Below the pieces are notes generated by a model, which saw only the letters and a program-made list of their open reading frames with translations, made no database searches and was not told the DNA's origin. From an uncultured candidatus Porisulfidus sp. (GTDB taxonomy: Bacteria > Pseudomonadota > Gammaproteobacteria > Poriferisulfidales > Poriferisulfidaceae): a DNA stretch of 64,000 nucleotides. Positions within the stretch are counted from its first letter, which is position 1, and every line of letters starts with the position of its first letter. The position numbers and the translations under genes are program-made. The stretch spans positions 160,001 through 224,000 of the forward strand of contig OZ241993.1 in the NCBI GenBank assembly GCA_965204575.1, given 5' to 3'. Shown here one piece after another: positions 34,468 to 45,554 of the stretch.

Positions 34468-35301
34468 ATGAGAACCATCCTGACCTGCTTGACCCTGTTC
34501 CTCGCCTTGCCGGCCCAAGCGGAGGCACCGCAACGGGTCGTCACGATCGGCGGCGCGCTGACCGAAACCGTGTATGCACTGGAGGCGAAAGACCTGATTG
34601 TCGGCAGCGACACGACCAGTTATTACCCCCCGGCAGCAGATAAACTGCCCAAGGTCGGCTACCAGCGCACCCTGTCCACGGAAGGTATCCTGTCACTTAA
34701 TCCCGACCTAGTCATCCTCACTGAAGAGGCCGGACCGCCTTCGGTCCTGCGCCAATTGGAATCGGCAGGGGCCGAACTTCTCATCTTGAAGGCCGGACGC
34801 TCCCTGGAGGACGTCAAGACCAACACCCTGAAAATCGCTCAGGCACTGAACCGCGAGGAAACGGGCGCGGCCCTGATTCGGAAGATCGATGTTGAAAGCC
34901 GGGAACTGGCCCATGCAGTCGCAGGCCTGAAGCATCGGAAACGAGTGATGTTCATCCTGCAGCATGGCGGCGGGGCACCGATGGTGGCAGGAAAAGGTAC
35001 TGCAGCCGACAGCATCATCGCACTTTCCGGAGCCGTCAACGTCGTCCAGGACTACGACGGCTACAAGCCGCTCTCTCCGGAAGCCGCGGTAGCGTTGAGG
35101 CCGGATGTCATCCTCATCACCAAGCGGGGACTGGAGCAGGCAGGCGGGAAAGACTCGCTGCTCAAGACGCCCGGCCTGTCGCTCACGCCCGCGGCACGGC
35201 AAGGCCATGTCGTTGCGATGGATGCCCTGCTGATGCTGGGGTTTGGCCCACGCACGGTGCAGGCGGCTTCAGAGCTTAGCCAGGCATATGAGGGTCCATA
35301 A
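34468..35301 (+). CDS. hmuT: Haem ABC transporter periplasmic binding protein
   Basis: Signal peptide, RVVTIGGALTE, DTTSYYP, LPKVGYQRTLS (haem-ligand Tyr motif), LGFGPR. Confidence 0.92.
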   Translation: MRTILTCLTLFLALPAQAEAPQRVVTIGGALTETVYALEAKDLIVGSDTTSYYPPAADKLPKVGYQRTLSTEGILSLNPDLVILTEEAGPPSVLRQLESAGAELLILKAGRSLEDVKTNTLKIAQALNREETGAALIRKIDVESRELAHAVAGLKHRKRVMFILQHGGGAPMVAGKGTAADSIIALSGAVNVVQDYDGYKPLSPEAAVALRPDVILITKRGLEQAGGKDSLLKTPGLSLTPAARQGHVVAMDALLMLGFGPRTVQAASELSQAYEGP

Positions 35302-36340
35302 CCTGCTGGCAAAGCGAGCGCATGCGCCATTGCCGCATTTGCGGCTGAAAACCCCGGCCCTGCTGGTATTGAGCGGCCTCTTGTGCGGGACGCTAGTCAT
35401 CGCCGCATCCATCGGCGCCCTTCCGGTTCCGGTTCTGTCTCTGCTGAACGGCGAACTTGCCGAGCAACAGGAGACGGTGCTTTTCTTCATCCGGATTCCG
35501 CGCGTCCTTCTGGCCGCGTTTGTCGGTGCCGCGCTGGCGGTGTCGGGAGCCGCCATGCAAGGACTGTTCCGTAACCCGCTGGCCGACCCCGGGCTGATCG
35601 GCATTTCGAGCGGCGCGGCCTTGGCGGTCGCCGTGGTGATTGTCTTGGCTGGACCGCTCACGGGAGCCTTGGGACTGTACAGCTTGAGTGTTGCCGCCTT
35701 CGCCGGCGGGCTCGCCACCTGCCTGCTGATCTTCCGTTTCGCACAACTTACCGGAACTTTTTCCGTCACCTACATGCTGCTTGCGGGAATCGCCATCAAT
35801 GCGCTGGCCGGAGCCGGGGTTGGCTTCCTGACCTACCTGAGCGACGACCAGCAGTTACGATCCCTGACGTTCTGGACGATGGGCAGCCTTGGAGGAGCAC
35901 TCTGGCTGGCCGTGGGAGTGGCCGCAACAATCATCCTGCCCACCCTGTTCTTCCTGATCCGCAACGCCCGGAAACTCAATATCCTGCTCCTCGGGGAGCA
36001 TGAGGCGCGGCACCTCGGCGTGGACAGCGAGCGGCTGAAACGCGTCATCATCGTCTGCACGGCGCTCTCGGTCGGGGCGGCCGTCGCCGTGAGCGGCATC
36101 ATTGGTTTCATCGGGCTGGTCGTCCCACATCTGATGCGCCTGACCATCGGACCCGACCACCGGCTGTTGCTTCCGGCCTCGGCGCTGTTCGGAGCCTTCC
36201 TGCTGCTGGTGGCCGACACGTTCGCCCGAACCGTGGTGTCCCCTGCGGAAATGCCAGTCGGCATTCTGACCAGCCTGATCGGCGGGCCTTTCTTCCTTTG
36301 GCTGCTCATCCGGGAATACGGTCGGAGGTTCGGTTCGTGA
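35288..36340 (+). CDS. hmuU: Haem ABC transporter permease
   Basis: IRIPR, QGLFRNPLADPGLIG, FWTMGSL, IGFIGLVVPH, GGPFF. Confidence 0.93.
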   Translation: MRVHNLLAKRAHAPLPHLRLKTPALLVLSGLLCGTLVIAASIGALPVPVLSLLNGELAEQQETVLFFIRIPRVLLAAFVGAALAVSGAAMQGLFRNPLADPGLIGISSGAALAVAVVIVLAGPLTGALGLYSLSVAAFAGGLATCLLIFRFAQLTGTFSVTYMLLAGIAINALAGAGVGFLTYLSDDQQLRSLTFWTMGSLGGALWLAVGVAATIILPTLFFLIRNARKLNILLLGEHEARHLGVDSERLKRVIIVCTALSVGAAVAVSGIIGFIGLVVPHLMRLTIGPDHRLLLPASALFGAFLLLVADTFARTVVSPAEMPVGILTSLIGGPFFLWLLIREYGRRFGS

Positions 36341-37131
36341 TCGAAGCAAAAAACCTTTCGTATCACGCTGGGAACACCCTGATCCTGAAAAGCGTGGACG
36401 TCACCGTCAAGCCGGGAGACATCACGGCGATCATCGGCCCGAACGGCGCGGGAAAATCTACGCTCATGAAATGCCTTGCCGCTTCCTGCCAGCCGGACCG
36501 CGGCGTCGTTCTTCTCGAAGGCCGTTCCCTTGCCGACTATTCACTGGATGCCCTTTCCAGAAAGCGGGCCATGCTGTCGCAGTCCAATTCCATCAGTTTC
36601 CCTTTCACCGTGCTTGAGATCGTGATGATGGGACGCAATCCCTACGTGATCGGGGGGAGCCCAGTCGAAGATGTCGAGGTGGTGAAAAAAGCACTCGAAA
36701 GCATGGATGCCTGGCACCTGAAAGACCGCATTTTCCCGACCCTCTCCGGCGGCGAACAGCAACGCGTCCATCTCGCCCGAGTATTGGCGCAACTGTGGGA
36801 ACAGGAAAACGCCTACCTGTTTCTTGATGAACCGACCTCGGCCGTGGATATGAAGCACCAATATCAGGTTTTCGATTTAGCCCGCAGGATGGCCAGGGAA
36901 AGAAACCTGGCGGTTTGCGTAATCCTGCACGATCTGAATCTTGTCCTGCGCTATGCCATGCATTCCATTCTCATGAAAGAAGGTCGAATCTATGCATCGG
37001 GAAGGACGCGTGATGTCCTTACGCCCGAAAACGTCATGGACGTATTTGAAGTGCCGCCCGAATTCTTTTCTGATTCAAAGACGCGGAAGACGCGTCCCGA
37101 TTGGACCGAAGCCCTATATCCGTTGCCGTGA
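36337..37131 (+). CDS. hmuV: Haem ABC transporter ATPase
   Basis: GPNGAGKST, LSGGEQQRVHLARVLAQLW, LDEPTS, LHDLN. Confidence 0.93.
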   Translation: MIEAKNLSYHAGNTLILKSVDVTVKPGDITAIIGPNGAGKSTLMKCLAASCQPDRGVVLLEGRSLADYSLDALSRKRAMLSQSNSISFPFTVLEIVMMGRNPYVIGGSPVEDVEVVKKALESMDAWHLKDRIFPTLSGGEQQRVHLARVLAQLWEQENAYLFLDEPTSAVDMKHQYQVFDLARRMARERNLAVCVILHDLNLVLRYAMHSILMKEGRIYASGRTRDVLTPENVMDVFEVPPEFFSDSKTRKTRPDWTEALYPLP

Positions 37132-37216
37132 AAACTCTTTCAAACAGGAGTTCACGAAATAGGCAGATTTTCATTGACCGTCTCGTTCGGTCCGAAAGCA
37201 CACCTACATATCAGGT

Positions 37217-38524
37217 TCATTGACGGGGCTTTCGACAGGTTAGCGCGACCGGAATGCCCGGCAGACGATGCACTTGGCGAAATCGATTGGCCAGATAGCG
37301 GCGATAGGTCTGTGGCATCAGTTCAAGGCGTGATCCGTGTAAGACAAGCCGCAACGGATGGTTGCCGCCCTGATGGCCGTACCGGACCTGGATTCTGCCC
37401 CCGCGCACACGGGGAGGAGGATTTTGCTGTACGGCTCGCCGTAGAAAATTGTTGATCTCGGGCGTAGAGAAACCTCGCTCCGCCGCGTCATGCAGCAAGA
37501 CTGCCTCCCGCAGTAGGCGTCCAAGCCCCGAACCCCGAACCCCAGACGTGCGTACGACTGGAAGGTAGGAAGCAAACTGAAGTCGGCGACCCAAACGCTG
37601 TTCAGCCCATGCCTGTTGTTCCGGATCCAGCAAGTCGCACTTGTTGAAGGCCACTATGACGGCGCGACCGGCATCCAAGGCCAATGCGATCAATGCCGCG
37701 TCCTGCTCCGCCACTCCCTGTTCGGAATCAATCACCACCATCGCTACTTGTGCACGCTGAATCGAGCGCAATGCCTGCGCCACACTGAAGCCTTCAAGCG
37801 AATCAGGTTCGACTCGGCTCTTGCGGCGGATTCCAGCCGTATCCACCAGCGTCATTTTCCGGTCTCGGAACTCTAATTGCACGTCAATGCTGTCTCGGGT
37901 CGTTCCCGGTTCCGGGGACACGACTAGCCGATCGCTTTGCAGAAGGCGATTGATCAGAGATGACTTGCCTGCGTTAGGTCGCCCGATCACGGCAATCCGA
38001 ATCCGGCCTTGATCCGGTTCCGGTTCCACTGATTCGGCTTGGGCCGGAATCGCGGATTCCAGCAATGCCAAAACTCCCGAACCCCGTTTCGCACTGATTC
38101 CAAACAATGCGTCCGTGCCAAGTTCGGCAAACTCCGCCACTGCCGCATGCGGGTCGCGTCCGTCTACCTTGTTGACTGCGACCAGAAGCGGCTTGCCGCA
38201 TGTGCGCAGGCGCGCGTGAAGCTCTTGATCGCTGGCTACGCAACCCTCCTGCGCATCCAGTACAAGCACCAGTATGTCGGCCTCTGCAATCGCCTGTTCG
38301 GTTTGCCGCATCAGCCCTTGTTCCATCTCGGTATGGGCTTCGGTCATGCCGCCGGTGTCGACCACGACGAACGTACGGCCATCATGATCCGCCAGCCGGT
38401 AGCGCCGATCCCGGGTCACCCCGGGAACGTCGGCGACCAAAGCGTCCCGACTGCCGGTCAGGCGGTTAAAAAGAGTGGACTTGCCGACATTGGGCCGGCC
38501 GAGCAAGGCGACGACGGGAACCAT
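37217..38524 (-). CDS. der: Ribosome biogenesis GTPase Der
   Basis: Two G domains: GRPNVGKS and GRPNAGKS. Confidence 0.97.
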   Translation of the reverse strand: MVPVVALLGRPNVGKSTLFNRLTGSRDALVADVPGVTRDRRYRLADHDGRTFVVVDTGGMTEAHTEMEQGLMRQTEQAIAEADILVLVLDAQEGCVASDQELHARLRTCGKPLLVAVNKVDGRDPHAAVAEFAELGTDALFGISAKRGSGVLALLESAIPAQAESVEPEPDQGRIRIAVIGRPNAGKSSLINRLLQSDRLVVSPEPGTTRDSIDVQLEFRDRKMTLVDTAGIRRKSRVEPDSLEGFSVAQALRSIQRAQVAMVVIDSEQGVAEQDAALIALALDAGRAVIVAFNKCDLLDPEQQAWAEQRLGRRLQFASYLPVVRTSGVRGSGLGRLLREAVLLHDAAERGFSTPEINNFLRRAVQQNPPPRVRGGRIQVRYGHQGGNHPLRLVLHGSRLELMPQTYRRYLANRFRQVHRLPGIPVALTCRKPRQ

Positions 38525-38539
38525 GGCCGCAAACCCGAA

Positions 38540-39742
38540 TCATGATTCGCCCGCGGCTGTCCCCAGCAACGGCACAAATTGATAGGCCGCAAATCGGCCA
38601 TTGAGGTGCAGCAGGTAAATCCGGTCCAGCCGCACTTGCGGGGGGGCTTGCAGAGGGCCGTCAACCTTGTGGCGTGCGACGATTTCACCATCGGTAATCT
38701 GGAACCAGTGCAGATAGCCTTCGAAATCCACGGCAATGACATGCAGGCCGGTCGGTGCAGGTGCGCTGAGACCCCGGTATGCGAGTTCATCCTGCTCCCA
38801 GTACACGCCACCATTCTTTCGATTCAGCGACCACAGAGTGCTTTGGAGATCGGTCACGTACACGGCCACTTCATCGACCCCCGGGGCATGGAGAGCTTTT
38901 ATTTCTTTCGCCCACAGCAGGTTGCCTTCCACTGTCTCCACCGCACCAACCTGGTTGCTCAGCGCGGCGGCATAGGCTACTCCCTCCATTAGTCGCACCG
39001 GCCCGTCTATGTCTACGACTCGTTCCAGTTCGGTTCGACCGGTTGGAATCGCCAACCGCACCTCCCAGTGCTGCAATCCGCTCTCGGAATCAAATGCAAT
39101 CAGTCGCCCGTCGTCGAATCCGGCTATCAGCCGATCCTCCTGCGCTGCCGGTTCACCTGCACCGCGCAGGGTCAGGCTGGGGCTACTGTGAACATGGCTC
39201 CACAGCAAAGTCCCATCCTCGGCTTTCAGCACGCTCAGGCGGCCATCGTTGCTGTGAACAGCCAAGTAACCGTCCGGCAGGGCCTTCAGGCTCAACACTT
39301 CACTGGGGATGGTCTGCTTCCAGATCTGGGCACCGGTCTCTCGATTCAAGGCGAACACTTCCTGCTCCCAAGTCCCCACGTAGACCTGATGGTCGTCGGC
39401 CGCAACACCCGCCAAGATTGTTCCTTCGACACTGGCTTCCCAGATCCTCGCACCCGTCGAAGCATTCAGTGCGACGACTTCACCGTCATTGGCGGCCAGT
39501 AGCACATGCTCGCGGTCAATCCACGGTGCCACGTGGCTGTCCGGGTCGCTGTACTCGGAACCGACCGAATAATCCCACAGCGGAGTCAACGCAATTCGGT
39601 TGATTACCGGCTGCAGCTCGGCAATGCGCGACGGCTCTTTCTCCCAAAGTTCCTGAATGTCGCCGAGTGGATCGATATCGGCACAGGCCGACAGTCCCAC
39701 CGCGCAGGCGAGCAGCAGGACCGTCGAATCAATTGGCTTCAC
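38540..39742 (-). CDS. bamB: Outer membrane protein assembly factor BamB
   Basis: Lipobox LSAC, PQQ-like beta-propeller repeats, LTLRG, GRTELERVVDID. Synteny. Confidence 0.92.
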   Translation of the reverse strand: MKPIDSTVLLLACAVGLSACADIDPLGDIQELWEKEPSRIAELQPVINRIALTPLWDYSVGSEYSDPDSHVAPWIDREHVLLAANDGEVVALNASTGARIWEASVEGTILAGVAADDHQVYVGTWEQEVFALNRETGAQIWKQTIPSEVLSLKALPDGYLAVHSNDGRLSVLKAEDGTLLWSHVHSSPSLTLRGAGEPAAQEDRLIAGFDDGRLIAFDSESGLQHWEVRLAIPTGRTELERVVDIDGPVRLMEGVAYAAALSNQVGAVETVEGNLLWAKEIKALHAPGVDEVAVYVTDLQSTLWSLNRKNGGVYWEQDELAYRGLSAPAPTGLHVIAVDFEGYLHWFQITDGEIVARHKVDGPLQAPPQVRLDRIYLLHLNGRFAAYQFVPLLGTAAGES

Positions 39743-40361
39743 TCTGCTCTCCGAGTTCGGCAAGCTTCAATTCGAGAAACTTGCTGCTGTTCCCCTTCTC
39801 AAGTGCCTGGACATATTCGTGGCGGGCTTCCTGAGCCCGACCGGACTGCCGGTACAGGTCACCGCGGATCTCGTGCACCAAGCCTTCGTAGCCTTCCAGC
39901 GACACGTTCGACAAAACCGCCAGTCCTTCTTCCCATTGCTGCCGTGCCGCGTACAGCCTCGCGAGGCGCAATGCCGCCACCGGTGCGATCAGCAGGTCGT
40001 CCGAGTTTTCGTATGCCCATCGCAACAGGCGAATCGCCTCTTCCGGCTGTTGGTCTTCCTGGTGCAGTCGGGCGGAAATCAGGCTGGCCATCGAGGCGTA
40101 CACGGTGCCGCCATATTCTTGCCGCAGACGCGCTCCCATTTCGTGGGCCTGCTGCGCCTGTTCACTCTCCAGATGGACCCGGTACTGCTGGTACAAGACG
40201 GCCGCTCCTGTCGCTTCCCGCTCCTGCCAGTAGTCCCAGCCCTTATAGCCTCCAACCCCCCCGAGCGCCAGTCCCGCGCCCAGCAATACCCATACGAGAT
40301 TGGCCTTCCACCAATTCCGGAATTCTTCAAGTTGCTGCTGTTCTTCAGGGCTTAAAGCCAT
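39729..40361 (-). CDS. yfgM: YfgM ancillary SecYEG subunit (TPR)
   Basis: EEQQQLEEFRNWWKAN, TM helix, LRLAR, EIRGD. Synteny. Confidence 0.9.
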   Translation of the reverse strand: MALSPEEQQQLEEFRNWWKANLVWVLLGAGLALGGVGGYKGWDYWQEREATGAAVLYQQYRVHLESEQAQQAHEMGARLRQEYGGTVYASMASLISARLHQEDQQPEEAIRLLRWAYENSDDLLIAPVAALRLARLYAARQQWEEGLAVLSNVSLEGYEGLVHEIRGDLYRQSGRAQEARHEYVQALEKGNSSKFLELKLAELGEQSEAN

Positions 40362-40366
40362 GATTC

Positions 40367-41629
40367 CTATCCAGTCGGGGCAAAGTGTTCGGCGAGAACG
40401 GACCCAGTATTATCCAACAAAATCGTCTGCTGTTCTTCCGGACCCCGCAGGAATTTGAGGACCACGCTTTTCTGGTTCAACTCTTCCTCACCCATTATCA
40501 GGACGGCCCGCGCACCGCTTTTGTCGGCGCGGCGCAACTGTGCCTTCATGCTGCCTGCTTCCATATTCATGCGGATCCGAAGGCCCGGCATCTGCTCCCT
40601 CAACTGCATCCCCAGGGAGCACATGCGCACAGTCGCAGCTTCCCCCAGAGCGACGAGGTAGACATCGACCGCCGCAGCTTCCGCTGCCTCCAAGCATTCG
40701 CGAATTCGTTCCAGCCCGAGCGCAAATCCAGCCGCCGGAGTAGCCCGTCCCCCCAATTGCTCGACTAAGCGGTCATAGCGTCCACCGCCGCCAAGCGCAG
40801 ACTGGGCTCCCAAACCGTCCTCCACCCACTCGAACACGGTGAGGTCGTAGTAATCCAGCCCCCGGACCAGCCTCGGGGCGACGGTGTAGTCGACCCCATG
40901 GGCATCCAGTGTTTCCCTCAAGCCGTCGAAATGCGTCCGGGATTCTGTCCCCAGTAAATCCTCCAACCGGGGGGCTTCCTCCAGCAAGCCCTGAATAGAT
41001 TTCGACTTGCTGTCCAACAATCGCAACGGGTTGGTTTTTAGTCTTCGGCGGTCATCTTCCTCCAATTGCGATTCAAACTGCGAGAAATACTCCACCAGCT
41101 GCTTCCGCCAAGCTAGACGCTCATCCAGATTCCCCAACGTATTCAAAATCAGGCGAGGAGACAGGCCGAGCCGCTGCCAACCCTGCTGGCCCAGCAGGAG
41201 AATTTCAGCATCAATGTCCGGTCCGCACATGCCAAAGGTTTCCACTCCGAACTGGTCGAATTGGCGCAGGCGGCCTTTCTGTGGGCGCTCATGCCGGAAA
41301 AACGAACCCAAGTACCACAAGCGCTGCTGCCGGTTGGGGGTCAGTCCATGTTGGATCGCCGCGCGCACGCAACCCGCCGTCCCCTCCGGTCGCAGGCTCA
41401 AAGACTCTCCATTGCGGTCTTCGAAGGTATACATCTCTTTTTCGACAATGTCGGTCGTCTCTCCGATGGATCGCTGGAATAGCGCGGTAGACTCCACCAA
41501 TGGGAAGCGGATTTCCTCATATCCGAATCCACGTGCCGCGTCGATCCACACTTGCTCGATCCGGCGCCGGATCTGAGCTTCGTCCGGTAGGACATCGTGC
41601 ATCCCGCGCACCGATTGCAGACGACTCAT
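40367..41629 (-). CDS. hisS: Histidine-tRNA ligase
   Basis: VRGMHD, LRPEGTA, FRHERPQKGR, LVRGLDYY, GGRYD. Confidence 0.97.
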   Translation of the reverse strand: MSRLQSVRGMHDVLPDEAQIRRRIEQVWIDAARGFGYEEIRFPLVESTALFQRSIGETTDIVEKEMYTFEDRNGESLSLRPEGTAGCVRAAIQHGLTPNRQQRLWYLGSFFRHERPQKGRLRQFDQFGVETFGMCGPDIDAEILLLGQQGWQRLGLSPRLILNTLGNLDERLAWRKQLVEYFSQFESQLEEDDRRRLKTNPLRLLDSKSKSIQGLLEEAPRLEDLLGTESRTHFDGLRETLDAHGVDYTVAPRLVRGLDYYDLTVFEWVEDGLGAQSALGGGGRYDRLVEQLGGRATPAAGFALGLERIRECLEAAEAAAVDVYLVALGEAATVRMCSLGMQLREQMPGLRIRMNMEAGSMKAQLRRADKSGARAVLIMGEEELNQKSVVLKFLRGPEEQQTILLDNTGSVLAEHFAPTG

Positions 41630-42753
41630 GCCATCGCTCCTGAAGCTGCTGTCTGTGACCCATGCACCGGAATGGCGCGATTAATCCACGGCCTGTGTCC
41701 GCGGGACCTTTGAATATTGCCCGCCAATTGGCCGCAGGCCGCCGCAATGTCATCGCCCCGGGGGCGGCGGGTGGTCGCCACCATGCCTTCTTCGCACAGG
41801 ATCTCGCGGAATCGGCTGCGTACAGGTTCGGGCGATGCAGCATAGCCGCTACCCGGAAAGGCATTGAATGGAATCAGGTTGACCTTGCAGGGCAGGCCAC
41901 GGAGCCTCTGCGCCAAAGCCTGCGCGCATTCAGGGTGATCATTGACGCCATCCAGTAGTACGTACTCAATGATGATCTTGTGCTTGCGTGCACGCCCCGA
42001 GGCGTAACGCTGGCAAGCCGCCAACAGGTCGTCAATCGGGTAGCGGGCATTGATTGGCATCAGTTGCGTGCGCAATGCATCATCCGGGGCATGCAGTGAT
42101 ACCGCGAGGCTGACGTCGGCGACCCGCCGAAGGCGGTCGATGCCTGGAACCAGCCCGGCAGTGCTGACCGTGACCTGGCGACGCCCCAAAGAATGAGCAT
42201 GGCTGTCCCGAAACAAGTCCGCCGCACTGGCAACCGCATCAAGATTCGCCAGCGGTTCTCCCATACCCATAAACACGACATGCGTGACCGGGATATCCGG
42301 CTGCAGACGATGCCGGACTAGCCACAACTGGGAGACGATTTCGTGTGCCGAAAGATTGCGTTCAAACCCGCTGCGTGCGGTTCGGCAAAACGTGCAACCG
42401 AGCGCACAGCCAGCCTGCGAGGATAGGCACAGGGTGGCACGCCCCCGTGCAGGAATCAGTACCATTTCGATGACGTTGCCACAAGTCAGGCGTAGCAACC
42501 ATTTGCGCGTCCCGTCCCGGGCACGGTTGGACTCAACGACATCCGGCAATGTGCATTCGGTCCGCCCGCGCAAGGCGGAACGTACAGTCTGGGGAATCGA
42601 ATCTATCCGTTCCGGATCCACTTTCCCATCGCGATGAATCCCACGAATCAGGGATCCTGCGTGAACCGGCGAACAGCCCCGGTCCGTCAGCCAGTCCGCC
42701 CACTGCTTCCGACTCCACCCGAGTAGGGGGATTTGACCGGGCGCGGAGTTCAT
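41626..42753 (-). CDS. rlmN: Dual-specificity RNA methyltransferase RlmN
   Basis: CALGCTFC radical SAM motif, [26 protein letters not shown]. Confidence 0.96.
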   Translation of the reverse strand: MNSAPGQIPLLGWSRKQWADWLTDRGCSPVHAGSLIRGIHRDGKVDPERIDSIPQTVRSALRGRTECTLPDVVESNRARDGTRKWLLRLTCGNVIEMVLIPARGRATLCLSSQAGCALGCTFCRTARSGFERNLSAHEIVSQLWLVRHRLQPDIPVTHVVFMGMGEPLANLDAVASAADLFRDSHAHSLGRRQVTVSTAGLVPGIDRLRRVADVSLAVSLHAPDDALRTQLMPINARYPIDDLLAACQRYASGRARKHKIIIEYVLLDGVNDHPECAQALAQRLRGLPCKVNLIPFNAFPGSGYAASPEPVRSRFREILCEEGMVATTRRPRGDDIAAACGQLAGNIQRSRGHRPWINRAIPVHGSQTAASGAMA

Positions 42754-43181
42754 CGCGATCGAGGACAAATCTCCTCGGGACTGAAGAAAAAGTCGATTTC
42801 CGTGCGCGCGGTGTCCGGACCGTCCGAGCCGTGTACGGCATTTTCATCAACCTGGGACGCAAAGTCGGCTCGAATCGTACCCGGAGCAGCCTGGGCCGGG
42901 TCGGTTGCACCCATCACTTCCCGGTTACATGTAATCGCATTCTCTCCCTCTAGAACCTGCACCATGACGGGGCCGGAGGTCATGAATTCGACCAGATCAG
43001 CATAAAACGGGCGCTCCCGGTGCACTGCATAAAACGCCTCGGCCTGTTCCCGGGAAAGGTGCATCATGCGGGCAGCGACGATACGCAGTCCCGCTGCCTC
43101 GAAACGCTGATAGATAGAGCCGATGTGGTTGTTGCCGACCGCGTCCGGCTTGACGATGGAGAGGGTCTGTTCTACGGCCAT
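42750..43181 (-). CDS. ndk: Nucleoside diphosphate kinase
   Basis: [27 protein letters not shown]. Confidence 0.98.
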   Translation of the reverse strand: MAVEQTLSIVKPDAVGNNHIGSIYQRFEAAGLRIVAARMMHLSREQAEAFYAVHRERPFYADLVEFMTSGPVMVQVLEGENAITCNREVMGATDPAQAAPGTIRADFASQVDENAVHGSDGPDTARTEIDFFFSPEEICPRSR

Positions 43182-43327
43182 GGTCCTTCCTTGACCCGGG
43201 ATGCCCGGAATCGTGATTAATCTTGAATTTGTGAGCAGATAACTAAACGGATTATTGTAACGAATTCGTATTTTGGCTTCACAGCGTGTTCGCTAAGATC
43301 AGCTTCTACCTTGGATCGAAATCCGGC

Positions 43328-43356
43328 AAAAAGAAGGGCCCCGAAAAACGGGGCCC
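43328..43356 (-). terminator. Rho-independent terminator of groESL
   Basis: Minus strand reads GGGCCCCG-TTTTT-CGGGGCCC followed by TTCTTTTT. Confidence 0.85.
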
Positions 43357-43383
43357 CTCGAATACAACGGTGCAACCGTGTGA

Positions 43384-45051
<1,668 letters not shown>

Positions 45052-45094
45052 TTAAAAAATTTAGAAATTAGGATTCAATTGTCGGATGGACGAA

Positions 45095-45385
45095 TCAGTC
45101 CTCGATCACAGCCATGATGTCGTCTTCACGCATCACCACCAGTTCATCGCCGTCCAACTTGCATTCGGTTCCAGAGTACTTGCCGAACAGGACACTGTCG
45201 CCAACCTTGACGCCCATCGCCTGAGTCTCTCCATTGTCAAGAACCTTCCCGGGACCCACCGCGAGCACTTCGCCGCGAACTGGTTTTTCCGCAGCACTAT
45301 CCGGGATGACAATACCTCCGGGACTGGTGCGCTCTTCTTCAAGTCGCTTGATCACGACACGGTCATGTAAGGGTCGAAGTTTCAT
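45095..45385 (-). CDS. groS: Co-chaperonin GroES
   Basis: [23 protein letters not shown]. Confidence 0.99.
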   Translation of the reverse strand: MKLRPLHDRVVIKRLEEERTSPGGIVIPDSAAEKPVRGEVLAVGPGKVLDNGETQAMGVKVGDSVLFGKYSGTECKLDGDELVVMREDDIMAVIED

Positions 45386-45474
45386 CGAAAACTCCTAATC
45401 ATTCAATTAATCAATTATTTATGTGGTCATGACGGCAGTGAAACCTGTTCTTTGCCGCCTTTATCACCACCCAT

Positions 45475-45505
45475 ATATGGGGGCGCAAAATTATACAACA
45501 AGGGG
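45475..45505 (-). promoter_or_regulatory. Sigma32 heat-shock promoter of groESL
   Basis: Minus strand reads CCCCTTG...CCCCATAT with spacing compatible with the RpoH consensus CTTGAA-N13-14-CCCCAT. Confidence 0.75.
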
Positions 45506-45554
45506 CAAACCTAATAGAATACGTTCTTTCAATTCGAGTACCTTTTCTTCGGCT

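Noticed and set aside
21779-37216. tad-hmu block as a mobile genomic island
   Set aside because: No integrase, transposase, tRNA or flanking direct repeat was found by eye. Treated as an accessory block only.
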